From the NCBI GenBank assembly GCA_964475985.1, contig CAYYYP010000011.1, positions 846 to 64,845 on the forward strand: 64,000 nucleotides of DNA, written 5' to 3'. This stretch comes from an uncultured Oligoflexia bacterium. Lineage in GTDB: Bacteria > Bdellovibrionota > UBA1018 > CAYHWW01. The first letter of the stretch is position 1. Every line of letters starts with the position of its first letter. Below are positions 45,432-56,600 of this stretch, in pieces. Position numbers and translations under genes: made by a program. Below the pieces are notes generated by a model. It worked only from the letters and a program-made list of their open reading frames with translations. It was not told the origin of the DNA and made no database searches.

Positions 45432-48400
45432 TTATCTGCTCAACTGTGCTTTCAGCGCGGTGCTCACGCAATGCTCGTCGGCATCCACGAGCTCGAAGTC
45501 TTCGTCACGTAGGTAGGGTATTTCGTCGGCCGCATCATCTGCGGAAACCCTTACGCGGGAGCGTTCTTGCGGATGGTTTGCTAGGTCCGCCAGAATGGCA
45601 TCGACTTCTTCGGCGGCCGTAGGTGATGGGGGTGTAGCTGCAGCGGTGGGAGCGGGATGAACTTCGGCTTCGGCTACAGCTACAGATGTATCGGCAGTGT
45701 TTGATTTCTGCGGGCCATCGGGAAGCGTATGTTCGCGATGGGCGCGCATGGCGTTAGCCAATTGAACCTTAGAGAAGTTAATGGATTCACCTTGGGTAGC
45801 TACTGACGTTTGTTTCGTAGCGACAATTCCTCTTACGCGTTGGCCCGCCCGCCTTGCAGCACGGGCGGCTTTGGTCGCAAGCTGCTGGGCCTTGACGCGC
45901 AGGCTGCCGGGGCTTCGGCTGGTGTCCACGTGAATGGCGCTGAGTTCACGGGCTAAATCGGCCCTCGTCGAAGAAAGCTTAGGATCTTCCCGGCGGAGTT
46001 GCGCTTCGGGATTACCGTTGTCCCGGTACGCCCCTTCGGTAGCGATTGGGGAGCTTTGAGTTCGCGCCTCTCGATTCAGGGCGGTGATGGCACTCTGTAC
46101 GTGATCAGAAACCATTCTTGCTTGAATGGGATCGTAACTTGCCTCAGGTTCGTGACTTAGAATGCGGGCTGCCGTGGCGCGGATTTCAAGGTGGGTGAGG
46201 GACCCTTCAGTATAGACGCGTTCACCGTAGGTTGCTCGCGGTAAATCTGAATTTAAAAATCCACTTACCGCAAGAAGCGTTTCACCGGCGAGTGGTCCTT
46301 GGTTCAAAAGGCGTTGCATGGTTTGCCGCGCTTCAATTCTTTTAAGTGCTTTGAGAATAGAGTCCTCTTCTCGCACGTAGTTAAGCACCTTAACTAAATC
46401 GAGTTCGTTTATAAGCGTATTTGGACGCAAAAGTGGTCGAGCGTAATGATACTCTTCAATGTGGTGATCAAGCTGGCTAAGATAAAGGCCCACCGTCTCG
46501 GCACTGTAGGGCAAATAAGGATCCAAGTTATGATTTGCATGTTTAGCGAATTTTTCTACAAAACGTGCGCGGGCTTCTTCAATTTCCCGCCGGGCAACAT
46601 GGCCTAGGGGCATCTGTAAAAGGTCGTTCACCAGCGTCTCATTGCCTGCGTAAAGGTGGGCCGTTAACTGAGCAGCGAGGCGCTGGACATCCGTGTTTTC
46701 GTCCGTAAGTCGCGGCAAGAAATGCAGGAAAAGATTTGGGTTTCTTGGCAATGCTTGGGCAAGGGTGCGCAGGGATGCTTCGCGTATTGTATGTTCACTT
46801 GACCTAGTTAATGGAATGAGTGCATCGACCAAAGCGGTCGCAACATTCACGTCGTGATTTTCCGCGGCAATATAATCGGCCGCATAGGTCAATGCGGTAG
46901 TTGCTACTTTAAGGTTTGGATCCGAGAAAAATGGGATAATTTCTTCCGCCCGGGCGGAGATATGGGGAAATAATACCCAAAGGGCTGCTTGTCTTACGGC
47001 TGGCTCGGGGTCCTGGAGCCGGGTCCGTAGAGCCGAGATGATGCGAGGTTGACTCAGAGAATAAACATGATTGAGTTTCTCCGCGGCAACGGCCCGAATG
47101 GCTGAGTTCTCATCGTTGAGCGCGGCGAGGGCCCGCTCGTTGGGAATGTTTTCGGCATCGGTCAAAAAAAGAAGATTTGTTGCGGCAAATCTCAGTTCAA
47201 AATTAGTGCTCTCACAGAACCGAAAAAAATCTGGGAGGTCATTTTGGTGGCGGGCCGCATGGGTGGATAAATTTTCTATGACTTTGGTGCGGATAGCATC
47301 ATCTAGGTTTTGCTTTCTCGCGAGCGGAACAACGGCGGCCCATACTTCGGGGGTGCTGGCGTGTTCGCTTAAAATAACTAAGGCTCGCTCGGCATGCGGG
47401 GATTCGGCTGTAAGCAAAGGTATAGCTGCTCGACAAATATCGTCGTCCAATAAATTAGTATGAGAGTTGCTATACCTTTTGTGATGAAGTGCTTCCAGGG
47501 CCGCAAGGCGCGTCTCGATGGAATGCGGTGGACTCAAATAGGACCCCAAGAAATTTTGGATTGTTTCGACATCATCAAAACGATTAGCTTCGGTCGCGGT
47601 GTAATCACTTTTGGCCCCTTCAACAAACGCATTAAATAAAGCTCGTTGAGTTGCAATCCCTGGGTTTCGTTGCAAAAAGACTCGAAGGTCGGACCTGATG
47701 TTGTGATCGCCGCGCACCGAATCCTGTAAAATTTCAGAAATGAAGTTAGTCTCCCCGGTTATTGCGGCGTCTCGGGCAAAAATTTCTTCGGTTACGGCAC
47801 TACCCTGGTTAGCGAGCCATCCTAAAAACTGTCTCACAACCTCTCTTTGGTTTCGTCCGTGCTGGGGCGCGAGCGCGATAGCGACGGCCCGGTGGCGTTT
47901 CTTAACGGTAGCTTCGGGCGGAGAAAGAAGGAGTCGGTACAATCCTAATCTCGTTTCAGGGGTCGTTTCGTGCTTATCACTATAGCGGTGCCCGCCCACT
48001 AATCCATGTAGTGCACGATGGCTCACTTCGACATTCGTTCCTTCCGAGAGTCTTAACAAAGCTTCCGCAATGAAAGCTGGGAGTGGCCTTGGCATCAGCG
48101 AAATGGCTGCCGCAATTCCCGCTAAATGGTACTCCCCGGCATTTTCCATTTGGGAAATCAAATGACGCTGAAAAGCTTCATCCTGGAGGCTACTCCTCAG
48201 TGCAACGGCCGCAGCGCCTCGAACGACGTGGTGGCGATCCGATAATTTTTCCGCGATGGCCAAGCGTATGCGTTCGTTATTTTGAGCAAAGGGAGCGAGG
48301 GCCTTGATGGCCATTTCTACGATTTCAAAATCTGGATCATTTAAAAGCGACACGAAGGCCCTGCGCGCATCGGGAAGATGTTGCACGTACGGCCTTAAGG

Positions 48401-48869
48401 CTTCCACCGTATGGCGAAAGATCTCGGGCGAAGGATCATGCAGGCGGCCCGATAACGCACGAAATGCGGCCTCGTTCCCCGGCGGTATTGCGGCAAAGGC
48501 ATGCACCATGGCGCCGCGTAGCAAGGGGTCGCTGTTTTCAAGAAGCGGTGCAAGCAATGTAGCAACTTCTGAAGGGTTTGTGGTTTCGCGCATGAACTCC
48601 GTAAAACTTTGTTGAGCGCCAATCGGGCTGCGTGTGCCGTGCCAGAACATCAGGGCACCTTGGGTGAATTGTTCTGCGTCGATTTCGTGACGTTGGAGTT
48701 TTCCGTACAGTTTCGTAAGGTCCGTTGCATTTGCCGTCGTCGAAGTGAGCAAGAAAAACGAAAATGTCAAAAATGCGGGCAAGAAAAAAGCCCGCGTAAG
48801 TTTGCCAAGGAACGTGCAAAACCAAGGCGCCCGTAAACAATTTTTGAAATTCTGTTTTGTACTTTTCAA
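45432..48869 (-). CDS. Large HEAT/ARM-repeat protein with N-terminal hydrophobic segment
   Basis: Repeated L.D....VR..A...L units; low-complexity C-terminus. Confidence 0.8.
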   Translation of the reverse strand: MKSTKQNFKNCLRAPWFCTFLGKLTRAFFLPAFLTFSFFLLTSTTANATDLTKLYGKLQRHEIDAEQFTQGALMFWHGTRSPIGAQQSFTEFMRETTNPSEVATLLAPLLENSDPLLRGAMVHAFAAIPPGNEAAFRALSGRLHDPSPEIFRHTVEALRPYVQHLPDARRAFVSLLNDPDFEIVEMAIKALAPFAQNNERIRLAIAEKLSDRHHVVRGAAAVALRSSLQDEAFQRHLISQMENAGEYHLAGIAAAISLMPRPLPAFIAEALLRLSEGTNVEVSHRALHGLVGGHRYSDKHETTPETRLGLYRLLLSPPEATVKKRHRAVAIALAPQHGRNQREVVRQFLGWLANQGSAVTEEIFARDAAITGETNFISEILQDSVRGDHNIRSDLRVFLQRNPGIATQRALFNAFVEGAKSDYTATEANRFDDVETIQNFLGSYLSPPHSIETRLAALEALHHKRYSNSHTNLLDDDICRAAIPLLTAESPHAERALVILSEHASTPEVWAAVVPLARKQNLDDAIRTKVIENLSTHAARHQNDLPDFFRFCESTNFELRFAATNLLFLTDAENIPNERALAALNDENSAIRAVAAEKLNHVYSLSQPRIISALRTRLQDPEPAVRQAALWVLFPHISARAEEIIPFFSDPNLKVATTALTYAADYIAAENHDVNVATALVDALIPLTRSSEHTIREASLRTLAQALPRNPNLFLHFLPRLTDENTDVQRLAAQLTAHLYAGNETLVNDLLQMPLGHVARREIEEARARFVEKFAKHANHNLDPYLPYSAETVGLYLSQLDHHIEEYHYARPLLRPNTLINELDLVKVLNYVREEDSILKALKRIEARQTMQRLLNQGPLAGETLLAVSGFLNSDLPRATYGERVYTEGSLTHLEIRATAARILSHEPEASYDPIQARMVSDHVQSAITALNREARTQSSPIATEGAYRDNGNPEAQLRREDPKLSSTRADLARELSAIHVDTSRSPGSLRVKAQQLATKAARAARRAGQRVRGIVATKQTSVATQGESINFSKVQLANAMRAHREHTLPDGPQKSNTADTSVAVAEAEVHPAPTAAATPPSPTAAEEVDAILADLANHPQERSRVRVSADDAADEIPYLRDEDFELVDADEHCVSTALKAQLSR

Positions 48870-49088
48870 GCACCTTTCGTTTCGACATAGGGAGGAATAA
48901 ACTTAAAACGCTGGCCGCGCGGGCGGCAGTTTTTGCCGCAAGGGCTTGGGGATCACTTAGGCGATGCGGTGTGGCGCAACGTAACGTAACGCAATGCAGT
49001 GTTAGAGGTTTCAGAAGAACCTAGAATTTTAAGTAAAACTGCCTAAAGTGAGCTTAACGAATTACAAACGCTTTCCATAGGAGGTTCC

Positions 49089-49538
49089 ATGCCAAATACA
49101 ATCAATTTACACCGTGTTCTGGGCGCACCGCCAGAGAGAGTCTACCGCGCATTCCTAGACCCTGACGCCCTGGTGAAATGGCTTCCACCCTTTGGGTTTA
49201 CCGGGAAAGTCCATACCGCGGACGTACGCGTAGGCGGTGGTTATAAGATGTCTTTTACTAATTTCACGACTAAAAATAGCCATTCCTTTAGTGCGTCCTA
49301 TTTGGAACTAAAGCCTAACGAACGCATCATCTACACGAATAAATTTGATGATCCAAACTTGCCAGGGGAGATGAAAGTAACCATCACGTTCAATGAGGTT
49401 ATGTGCGGAACGGAACTTAAAATTATTCAAGCCGGTGTACCAGACGCAATTCCCGCCGAAATGTGTTACCTCGGCTGGCAGGAATCACTTACCGCCCTTG
49501 CGCAGTTGGTGGAGCCAGAAATTTCCGACGGTATGTGA
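49089..49538 (+). CDS. SRPBCC/AHSA1 family protein
   Basis: APPERVYRAFLDPDA..KWLPP, YLGWQESL..LA. Confidence 0.92.
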   Translation: MPNTINLHRVLGAPPERVYRAFLDPDALVKWLPPFGFTGKVHTADVRVGGGYKMSFTNFTTKNSHSFSASYLELKPNERIIYTNKFDDPNLPGEMKVTITFNEVMCGTELKIIQAGVPDAIPAEMCYLGWQESLTALAQLVEPEISDGM

Positions 49539-49666
49539 GTGTCACCCGTTGGGGTGAGGCACGTTTTGCGTTCCTGGTGGTGGGCCAAGCATGAGCAAGG
49601 CCCATCGCAAAACAAATAACATCTGACACATTTCAGAAGGGTCTGCGGAATAAGTTAAGGGCTAGG

Positions 49667-50311
49667 CTAAGGGGGCGTTCCGGCGTCCGACGCGCCCGCA
49701 CCATTATTTGCAGGGGCTGGCGCTGGGTTTGCTTCCAGTGGCCTTAAGAGGTTTTGCGACAGACGTTCACACCTTTCTAATAGTTCGCTGATATGCGCCC
49801 TTGATAACCTCAGCGCATTCGTGGGAGTGACGTTGACCCGCGTGAATTCTAGGGACCTCATTCCACGCCGGCGAAGGCTTATGCCTAGTTCATTGCAACA
49901 AAGCAGGGACTGGAGAAAATGGTAGTTCTCAAGGTCACTGGGCCGCTCCGTCATAAGCTCTCGATACCTTCGGTTCCCCCATCTTGGATCCGGCACAAAC
50001 TGAATGCAGACATGGCCTGGTACTACGTATTCATGGTCAGGAAAGGGCGAAATCTCTTCGGGCTGCGAGGGTTCCTGGTTGTGCCGCGGCGGCGGCGGAG
50101 GACGGCGCGGTCGAGTGGAGTCGGCGTTCGCGAAGGAAAGCCCTAGGGCAAGAACTAGAAATTGGATGCAGGCGAAAGACCATAACTTCGTCATGTTTAT
50201 GCGCATAAGCTGATTGTAAGCCTTGGCCGAACTTGGTTCAAGTTGCAGGTTTTTTCCGGTGGTGCCGGGGCGGGCGATTTCCATGGTGAACTTCAATATT
50301 GAGATATTCAC
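49667..50311 (-). CDS. Secreted Pro-rich hypothetical protein; real start probably internal (MRINMT)
   Basis: Signal peptide ending ANA-D, PPPPPR linker. Confidence 0.6.
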   Translation of the reverse strand: MNISILKFTMEIARPGTTGKNLQLEPSSAKAYNQLMRINMTKLWSFACIQFLVLALGLSFANADSTRPRRPPPPPRHNQEPSQPEEISPFPDHEYVVPGHVCIQFVPDPRWGNRRYRELMTERPSDLENYHFLQSLLCCNELGISLRRRGMRSLEFTRVNVTPTNALRLSRAHISELLERCERLSQNLLRPLEANPAPAPANNGAGASDAGTPP

Positions 50312-50332
50312 CGCCTGCGCTACAGTGCGTCG

Positions 50333-50950
50333 ATGTCGGATAAAGTTGAAATTTTTAAATATGGACCTGAGGTGCCCGATGACATTTTAGCTCGGGTGCT
50401 TGAGATCAAAACTCAGTACTTGTTGAACGATCCCGGTGACGCCAAGAAACATCCCAATGGATTTCTAGTTGGAACGCTCGACGCGGCTGAAATTCTCGGC
50501 TTTTTAAAAACCGGTGGTTTTCTTTACTTGGCAACCGTCGATAGTGAAATCGCAGCTTACTTACTGCTGACGGATATCCGCGAATTTTTCGGATATTTTT
50601 CGACGGACCATTCCACTGAAACCTCGAAGCATCAGGAGTCTGCGGGTTTTGTTCCGCTCGAACCCAACATCGATATTTTTATAGAAATGAAAAATAATTT
50701 TTTTATTTACCATGTGGCGACCAGCCCGAAGTTTTCGAGGCTTGGTCTTGGGTCTCAGCTTCTAAAGCGGATTTATTCGGACTTTCCGGGGAAAGGCTTT
50801 ACCGCAGATATTCTTATAAAACCTGTCTTCAATGAAACATCGATCTCATTTTTCAAGAAAAATGGATTTCACGACGTAGGAGATATTAATTACTCCGGTT
50901 ACAAATCCTTCGGAGATTTAACGACAAGGGTACTTTGGAAAAAACCTTAG
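50333..50950 (+). CDS. GNAT family acetyltransferase
   Basis: YHVATSP.F.RLGLGSQLL, N..SISFFKKNGF. Confidence 0.85.
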   Translation: MSDKVEIFKYGPEVPDDILARVLEIKTQYLLNDPGDAKKHPNGFLVGTLDAAEILGFLKTGGFLYLATVDSEIAAYLLLTDIREFFGYFSTDHSTETSKHQESAGFVPLEPNIDIFIEMKNNFFIYHVATSPKFSRLGLGSQLLKRIYSDFPGKGFTADILIKPVFNETSISFFKKNGFHDVGDINYSGYKSFGDLTTRVLWKKP

Positions 50951-50951
50951 A

Positions 50952-51242
50952 TTAAATTTTTTCCGCTGGAGCATTCATCTTCACGCTGAGGTTGGGCCCC
51001 GTGAAGCCAGTCACGGTCGAATTTTTTGCGCCGTCCGTTTTTACCTGCAACACAATTTTTTCTCCGCGCACGATGGCATCTTTTAATACCACCTCAGCAT
51101 TACCCACGAGTTCAACCGTATGGGTTTTTTCCTTCTGGGTAATCTTATCGGCCGAGTATTTTAAAACTGCGGCATCAGTATTTGCAAAAGTTGAAAAAGG
51201 AAAAAGAATTGCGGCGAGGGAAAGCGTAATAGGTTTTTTCAT
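50952..51242 (-). CDS. Small secreted LptA/OstA-like protein; start moved to MKKPIT
   Basis: Signal peptide, then YSADKI...VELVGNAEV....VRGEKIV. Confidence 0.55.
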   Translation of the reverse strand: MKKPITLSLAAILFPFSTFANTDAAVLKYSADKITQKEKTHTVELVGNAEVVLKDAIVRGEKIVLQVKTDGAKNSTVTGFTGPNLSVKMNAPAEKI

Positions 51243-51303
51243 TCTAGGCTTAGGGCTAGCAAAGATAAGCTGAGAACAGAAGTGAGTTCTCAATTGGAAT
51301 TCT

Positions 51304-51978
51304 TTAGGGTCCAGCGCGCGAGTTTTTCGGCTGGCCACGATCATCGTAGTCCGTGAACAGATAAGTGCCATCTTCGAAAGCATCGTACCGACTCTCGATC
51401 TCGCCGGACTCGGTGTAGGAAATTGTACTGTTCGCAAGTGGCCTTGAACCAACCCGGGGGCGAACCCAAGATACATGCCGGATTGCGCCGGAAGCATAGT
51501 AGGTACGCACCAGTGTACCGATTGAAGGATCGTCCCAGGATTCCTCCCTAAGTTCCCCCCGTCGTGTGAAATGCCGCGAGAAATATTTGCCGTCCGGGCT
51601 GCCGCCGGTTTCGTCGGTCGAGCCATCAGGGTTTGATTTTTGAATCATGGGAACGTCGTTCGGAAAAGGTATCTCGAGTAACTTTGAAAGTTCTCGCCAT
51701 CTTGCCGTGGTGGAATCTAGGGATTTTCTTTCCCCTGCGCTTTGGGCAATGGGCTGCGGTTGGAGGGGGGCTACGACGTAAGTTTTATTTTGGGGTAAAT
51801 TTATTTTTGGCGTGGGGGAAATTGGATTATGAAACCCAGGATGGTCAGTGTTCTCTTTGCAAAGTGAACTTGTTTGGGGTGCGGCGGTAATGGTGTGATT
51901 CCGAAAGTAAAAAGCGCCCGAAGCAACGCCCGCAAAAAAAATTAAAATTGCAATGAAAAGGCCGATGAGCGGATTCAT
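51304..51978 (-). CDS. Membrane-anchored hypothetical protein with MORN/YD-like repeats
   Basis: N-terminal TM helix; repeated Y..SG.I/L motifs. Confidence 0.6.
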   Translation of the reverse strand: MNPLIGLFIAILIFFAGVASGAFYFRNHTITAAPQTSSLCKENTDHPGFHNPISPTPKINLPQNKTYVVAPLQPQPIAQSAGERKSLDSTTARWRELSKLLEIPFPNDVPMIQKSNPDGSTDETGGSPDGKYFSRHFTRRGELREESWDDPSIGTLVRTYYASGAIRHVSWVRPRVGSRPLANSTISYTESGEIESRYDAFEDGTYLFTDYDDRGQPKNSRAGP

Positions 51979-52034
51979 GCGGCTGCTATATCATGCGTTT
52001 AGGCAAGAATTGGACGATATGATTTTCATGCAAA

Positions 52035-53228
52035 TCAGTTCGTTCGACTATACCTTCCCATTTTTTGCATTCCAAATTTATGGATAGCCATTAACGAATT
52101 GTGTTGCGAGCAAAGCAATCGGCAGTTTTCTCTAGTAGTTTTACCGCCCAAGGCCAATGGGTGAATGTGGTCGATGTGTAGGAAATTGCGTTCGGTACAA
52201 CGTTGGTGAGTCGTTGCACTTACGAAACTGCACTGGTCTTGATCACGAACCCGCACGAAGTTTTTGATGTGGATCGGGATGTAGCGGGACGCTTTTCCTC
52301 TGGTAGTCCGCACCCGTATTGAAGATTCTTTGAGATCACGATTTTTTCTAATTTTTTGATTCTGTTGTTGAGCTAAAAGTGCCAGATCCATCGGCAATGA
52401 AAACTTACCTGGAGAAGTTGCCACTGGCTGGGAGGCAGATCGAGCATTCGTACTCTCTGGCGGGTTTTTACATACGGCGACCGCCGCATTCGGACGGGGA
52501 GCCGCAATCGAATCTGAGTCCAGTTGCCTAGATGCTTCCTCTTTTATTGAATTCCTTTGGCCCGTTTTTATAGCAGGATTATTACCCGGTCTCAGTTTCT
52601 TTAATAGCTGATCAGCCATCAGCTCAAAAAGCGCGGCGTAATTTTTCTGAGATTCTGGGTGATGACTTAAGAGTTCTTTCACACGCGTAAGCTTTTCTTG
52701 AAACTCAGGTCCCATTGTGAGCAAAACTTCAACAGATGAAGCGGTGCCGCCTACAAGCCTCACTTTTTCTGGTCTTGGAAGGGTCGCCCTTTCCGGTGAA
52801 ATAGTTTGAAAAATTTCTTCGCATTGACGCCTTGATTTGGAAGCAATGGAGGATAACAGATTTTCTTTCTCCGCAATCGAGTAGGACTTTTTAAAATCCC
52901 TCTTTTCTGAAACCAAGAAGTCTTGGGCTAGAGCGATGGTCGTAAGATTCATGCGCCCGTCTTTTAGCGCTGGAGCTACTACTTCGGGCAAAGCCTTAAG
53001 TAGTCTTGCTGCGGCAATGCGCCGGTGGGCCCCTCCATCTGAATAACCTAGATGCTTTACAAGAAATTCATGAAGGCTTGAATGCCCAAGCTGCAAATGT
53101 AGCCTACGCAACTCAATTTCATTGATGCACTCCAAAACTTGTGTCGTCGCCGTACGTTCCTGTGCAACCAAATCCGCAGCAGTGGTTAACAGGGCTCCAT
53201 CTCGCATGTCTGAAAGATTTTGTTTCAT
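52035..53228 (-). CDS. HNH endonuclease with DUF222-like N-terminal region; start moved to MKQNLS
   Basis: VRVRDQDQCSF...C....LHIDHI.P.A.GG..T.ENCRLLCSQHN. Confidence 0.85.
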   Translation of the reverse strand: MKQNLSDMRDGALLTTAADLVAQERTATTQVLECINEIELRRLHLQLGHSSLHEFLVKHLGYSDGGAHRRIAAARLLKALPEVVAPALKDGRMNLTTIALAQDFLVSEKRDFKKSYSIAEKENLLSSIASKSRRQCEEIFQTISPERATLPRPEKVRLVGGTASSVEVLLTMGPEFQEKLTRVKELLSHHPESQKNYAALFELMADQLLKKLRPGNNPAIKTGQRNSIKEEASRQLDSDSIAAPRPNAAVAVCKNPPESTNARSASQPVATSPGKFSLPMDLALLAQQQNQKIRKNRDLKESSIRVRTTRGKASRYIPIHIKNFVRVRDQDQCSFVSATTHQRCTERNFLHIDHIHPLALGGKTTRENCRLLCSQHNSLMAIHKFGMQKMGRYSRTN

Positions 53229-53643
53229 TTCCGTTTTATAACACGGCTTTTCTCGCAAAAAACGAAGGCCCTTACACCGCGCCAGCAGTCTGTTTCTAAA
53301 AAATCGATGGCCGGCGTCCAACAACTTCGTTTTGGATTAACTGTGGTCGTCCCACGTGCTTGAAATCGAACTTTACGTTTTGAAGTTTGGAGTTATGAAA
53401 TCGGTCTCAAATCTCAACCAAGAATTTTTTTTGCGATATGCAAAATATTTTCATGATAATAATTTTCTTGGTTTCTGAAGAGTAAAATTATTCGCATTGA
53501 GCTTCTCCAGGGAAGTATTTTTCTCTCCGTGCCTGTGCCCTTCGATCCGCGTAGGAACGTGCACGGATTAAGCAGGTATGCAGCTAACCAAAGCTGATCT
53601 TGGGGGTCGTGCAAGCCGCTTCCCCAGAAGCCGGCCCGAAACT

Positions 53644-56600
53644 CTAATAACCGCCCGGCAACGAGATACTATACTTAGCCGCCAAATAACGTTCGATGGA
53701 TTTCACTCCATTTTCAGTAATGGCCGAGTTGTCGTAAAGCACGATCTCCGAAATCCAACCATCCCAGAACCTACCGCCTACGTTACCTTTACTGATGAAC
53801 GAAGTAGAAGCTGCATCGGCACTCAGCGTAATGGCAATCAATTGTGGAGAGGTTGATTTCGCAAAGCTCAGAGGAGGGGTATCAACTCCGTTATTTTTTG
53901 CGCGAGTGTTAGCGAACGCGTAGTAAAATAATGCGCCACCGCCGCCTCCGTGAAAGGGCGACCCGCCACCATCACCAATGATAAATGGATATTCTTGGCT
54001 CCCGTCGGAATGTTGCACCACAAAAAGTGCCGTACGGATGGTAGTAAACGCTGTGGTGAAACCTAAAGAGTCTTCCGTGCCGTCAGCATCCGCAAATCTT
54101 ACGGCCGGCTGACCGCCTACGGCACTGGTCGCGTAAGTAGGTTGAGCCGCTACCGTAGCCTGTGTCGCGTGGTTATTGTTACCACTCAAATCAGCCCAGC
54201 TGCTTACAGCACTTCCGTTGGCCTGGTTTATAGAATCAGCTTTGTACCATCCAAGAAGGCCAGCAATGCCCGGCACTGGACTTTCCTCCACCAGCAAATC
54301 TAAAACTGTTGCACTAGTGAGTTCAGCTCCCGCGTCGGAGGCCGAGAGATGGAAGGTTACAGCCGCCACCGTGCCTTTTGCATAAAAAGTTGTAGAGGAT
54401 GTGTCGGCACTCATAGTGACGCTTGTCGCCGAGGTGGTACAAGTTGAATTGTTATAGAGGGTCGCTCCACCCGATTCCGAAATGGAAATGGTTTTGTCGG
54501 CGGTAACTTCGGACAAGTTATCGCTCGCATCCTTGGCGTATACTGTAATGGCTTGGCAGTAATCTTTGATCAGGGAAGTGGGGCCGCTTAAGACCAATTT
54601 TGTCGGTGCGGAGTAGGTCGTACAGCTGGCGCTCGAAAAACGTGACACAAGGGCGTTACAATTTCGCGCGACGGCCGTAGCAGAAAGCGCTGAATCATAA
54701 ATATTGAAGCTCGCGATGCTGCCCGGAAAATGCTGGCCGCCGCTCGCGGTGGCGCCAAGAATTTTGGCGCTTGTGTTCGTGGCGACGGAAACTGGATTAT
54801 TTGTCACCAGCGCCTTTTCCGTTCCATTTACGTAAACTTTTTGGTTTGAGCCACTAGAACGGGTGTAAACAACATGGTTCCACGCATTCGCCGTTACGGC
54901 ATTATTTCCCGTGTCTGCGTTCCATACGCCTGGCGTAGTGAATGAAACTCGATCGGTTCCTCCGTTGCCGATGCCGACCTCAAAGGTAAAACTTCCCGCG
55001 GTGCCGTTAGTCATGGTCGAAAAAATCGTAGACCTGGCAGCTAAGCTCGTAGGGTACACCCAAGTGTCTAGAGTAAAATCCGACGTAACATTGAAGGCAG
55101 TGCTATTAGGAAAAGTTAAATAGTCATTTGTTCCATCTAAAGTGAGGCGATAAGGCGTAGTAGTACCATCACCATTCCATCCGGAAGTAGCTCCGCAGGC
55201 CGCAAAATTCGTTAACGTACCACTTAAATTCACGACCAGGTCCATCCAGCTCGTTGTGGTCGCGCATCCTGCCGTCGGTGCAGCGGATCCCGTAGCCAAC
55301 GTCGCATCGAGATTGAATAAACGTCCTTTATTGAAAATAGACGGCGTTGCGGCGCTGATCACACTTACAGTAGCCGTAGACGTTGAACCGTCCGCACCGG
55401 TCACGGTGACGGTGGATGTTCCGGCACTTGAGGGAGCAGTAAATACGCCAGCTGCGGAAATTGATCCGCCGCCAGTTACGGAATAGGTAAGCGGCGCAAT
55501 TCCTCCAGAGGTTGAGAATGTAAGTTGCGCATTCACGTTCATAGTTGTGCGTTTAGGCGTGAGGTCCGGAGCAGAGGTGTAGAGTAATCTAGCTTCACTG
55601 GCTGAAATTCCTTTATTGTAAATCCGCACCTCATCGATGGAGCCGTCAAAATTGAAAGTCGTAGGGGAAATACCGCACCCATTGGTTCCTCTAAATCCAG
55701 CGCCAACCGTTAAGACATCTGTAGTGGTTGCGATAATATTATTGCTACCATTGCGTGCAATGGTGCCACTAACATCGGGTGTAGTAGACCCATCTAAATA
55801 GACGTGCCAATTGTTAGAAGATGCACTGTTTTGGGCACTGCAAACCACTAAGTGCCAAGCCCCGTCATTAATGGCGGTGCGACCGTTGATTACTGAGTCA
55901 GACCCGTCATAACGATTGAGCCAACAACTTACGGTGCCATCGGCATTGAGATGTAAAAAGTAAGCCTGCGCAGCATTGGAGCTGCAGGCATCCGTAGTAT
56001 TTCCATCTTTGCTGATGATCGCCTGCCCGCGCGTGGCAGTCGTTTTAACCCAGGCTGCCATTGTAATACCCGCCGTTGGGTTCATCACATTATTAAATAA
56101 AACATATTTAGTACCATCAAAGCTTAACGATTCACCGGAGTGGCCGGCCACCGACGTCGGAGGCGTGGTGCTTCCACCCAACGTACCGCTCGTGCTGGTT
56201 GCGCCATCTAAAGTATAACCGGTCACGCCACTTGCCGTGGTTCCCGAAATGCTAGCGGTATCAAAAGTCCAGTATCCGATGAGACCGTCATTGCTCAGCG
56301 GGGCAGGGGTGGCAGAGACTTCAGCCGTCGCATCCGTTGAACCCACACCGTTCACCGCCACCACCATGAAGTAGTAGAGTGTACCGGAAGTGAGTCCCGT
56401 AACTACGGTAGGTGAAGTCGCCGCTGCGGAAAATGTAGTGGGGTAAGCTCCGGACACCGTTCCGTATTTGACGGTATAGCTAGTTGCTCCGGAAGCCGCT
56501 GCCCAATTTAGCGCGACAGAAGTGGTGCCGGCGGATGAGGCACTAGAAATTGCAAATGCTCCAGGTGCAGTGTTAGCTCCTGTACCCGTAATTGCGCGTG

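Noticed and set aside
51243-51626. N-terminal 128 aa of the 224 aa ORF at 50952-51626
   Set aside because: Overlaps the 51304-51978 gene; a signal peptide begins at 51242, which is the better start.
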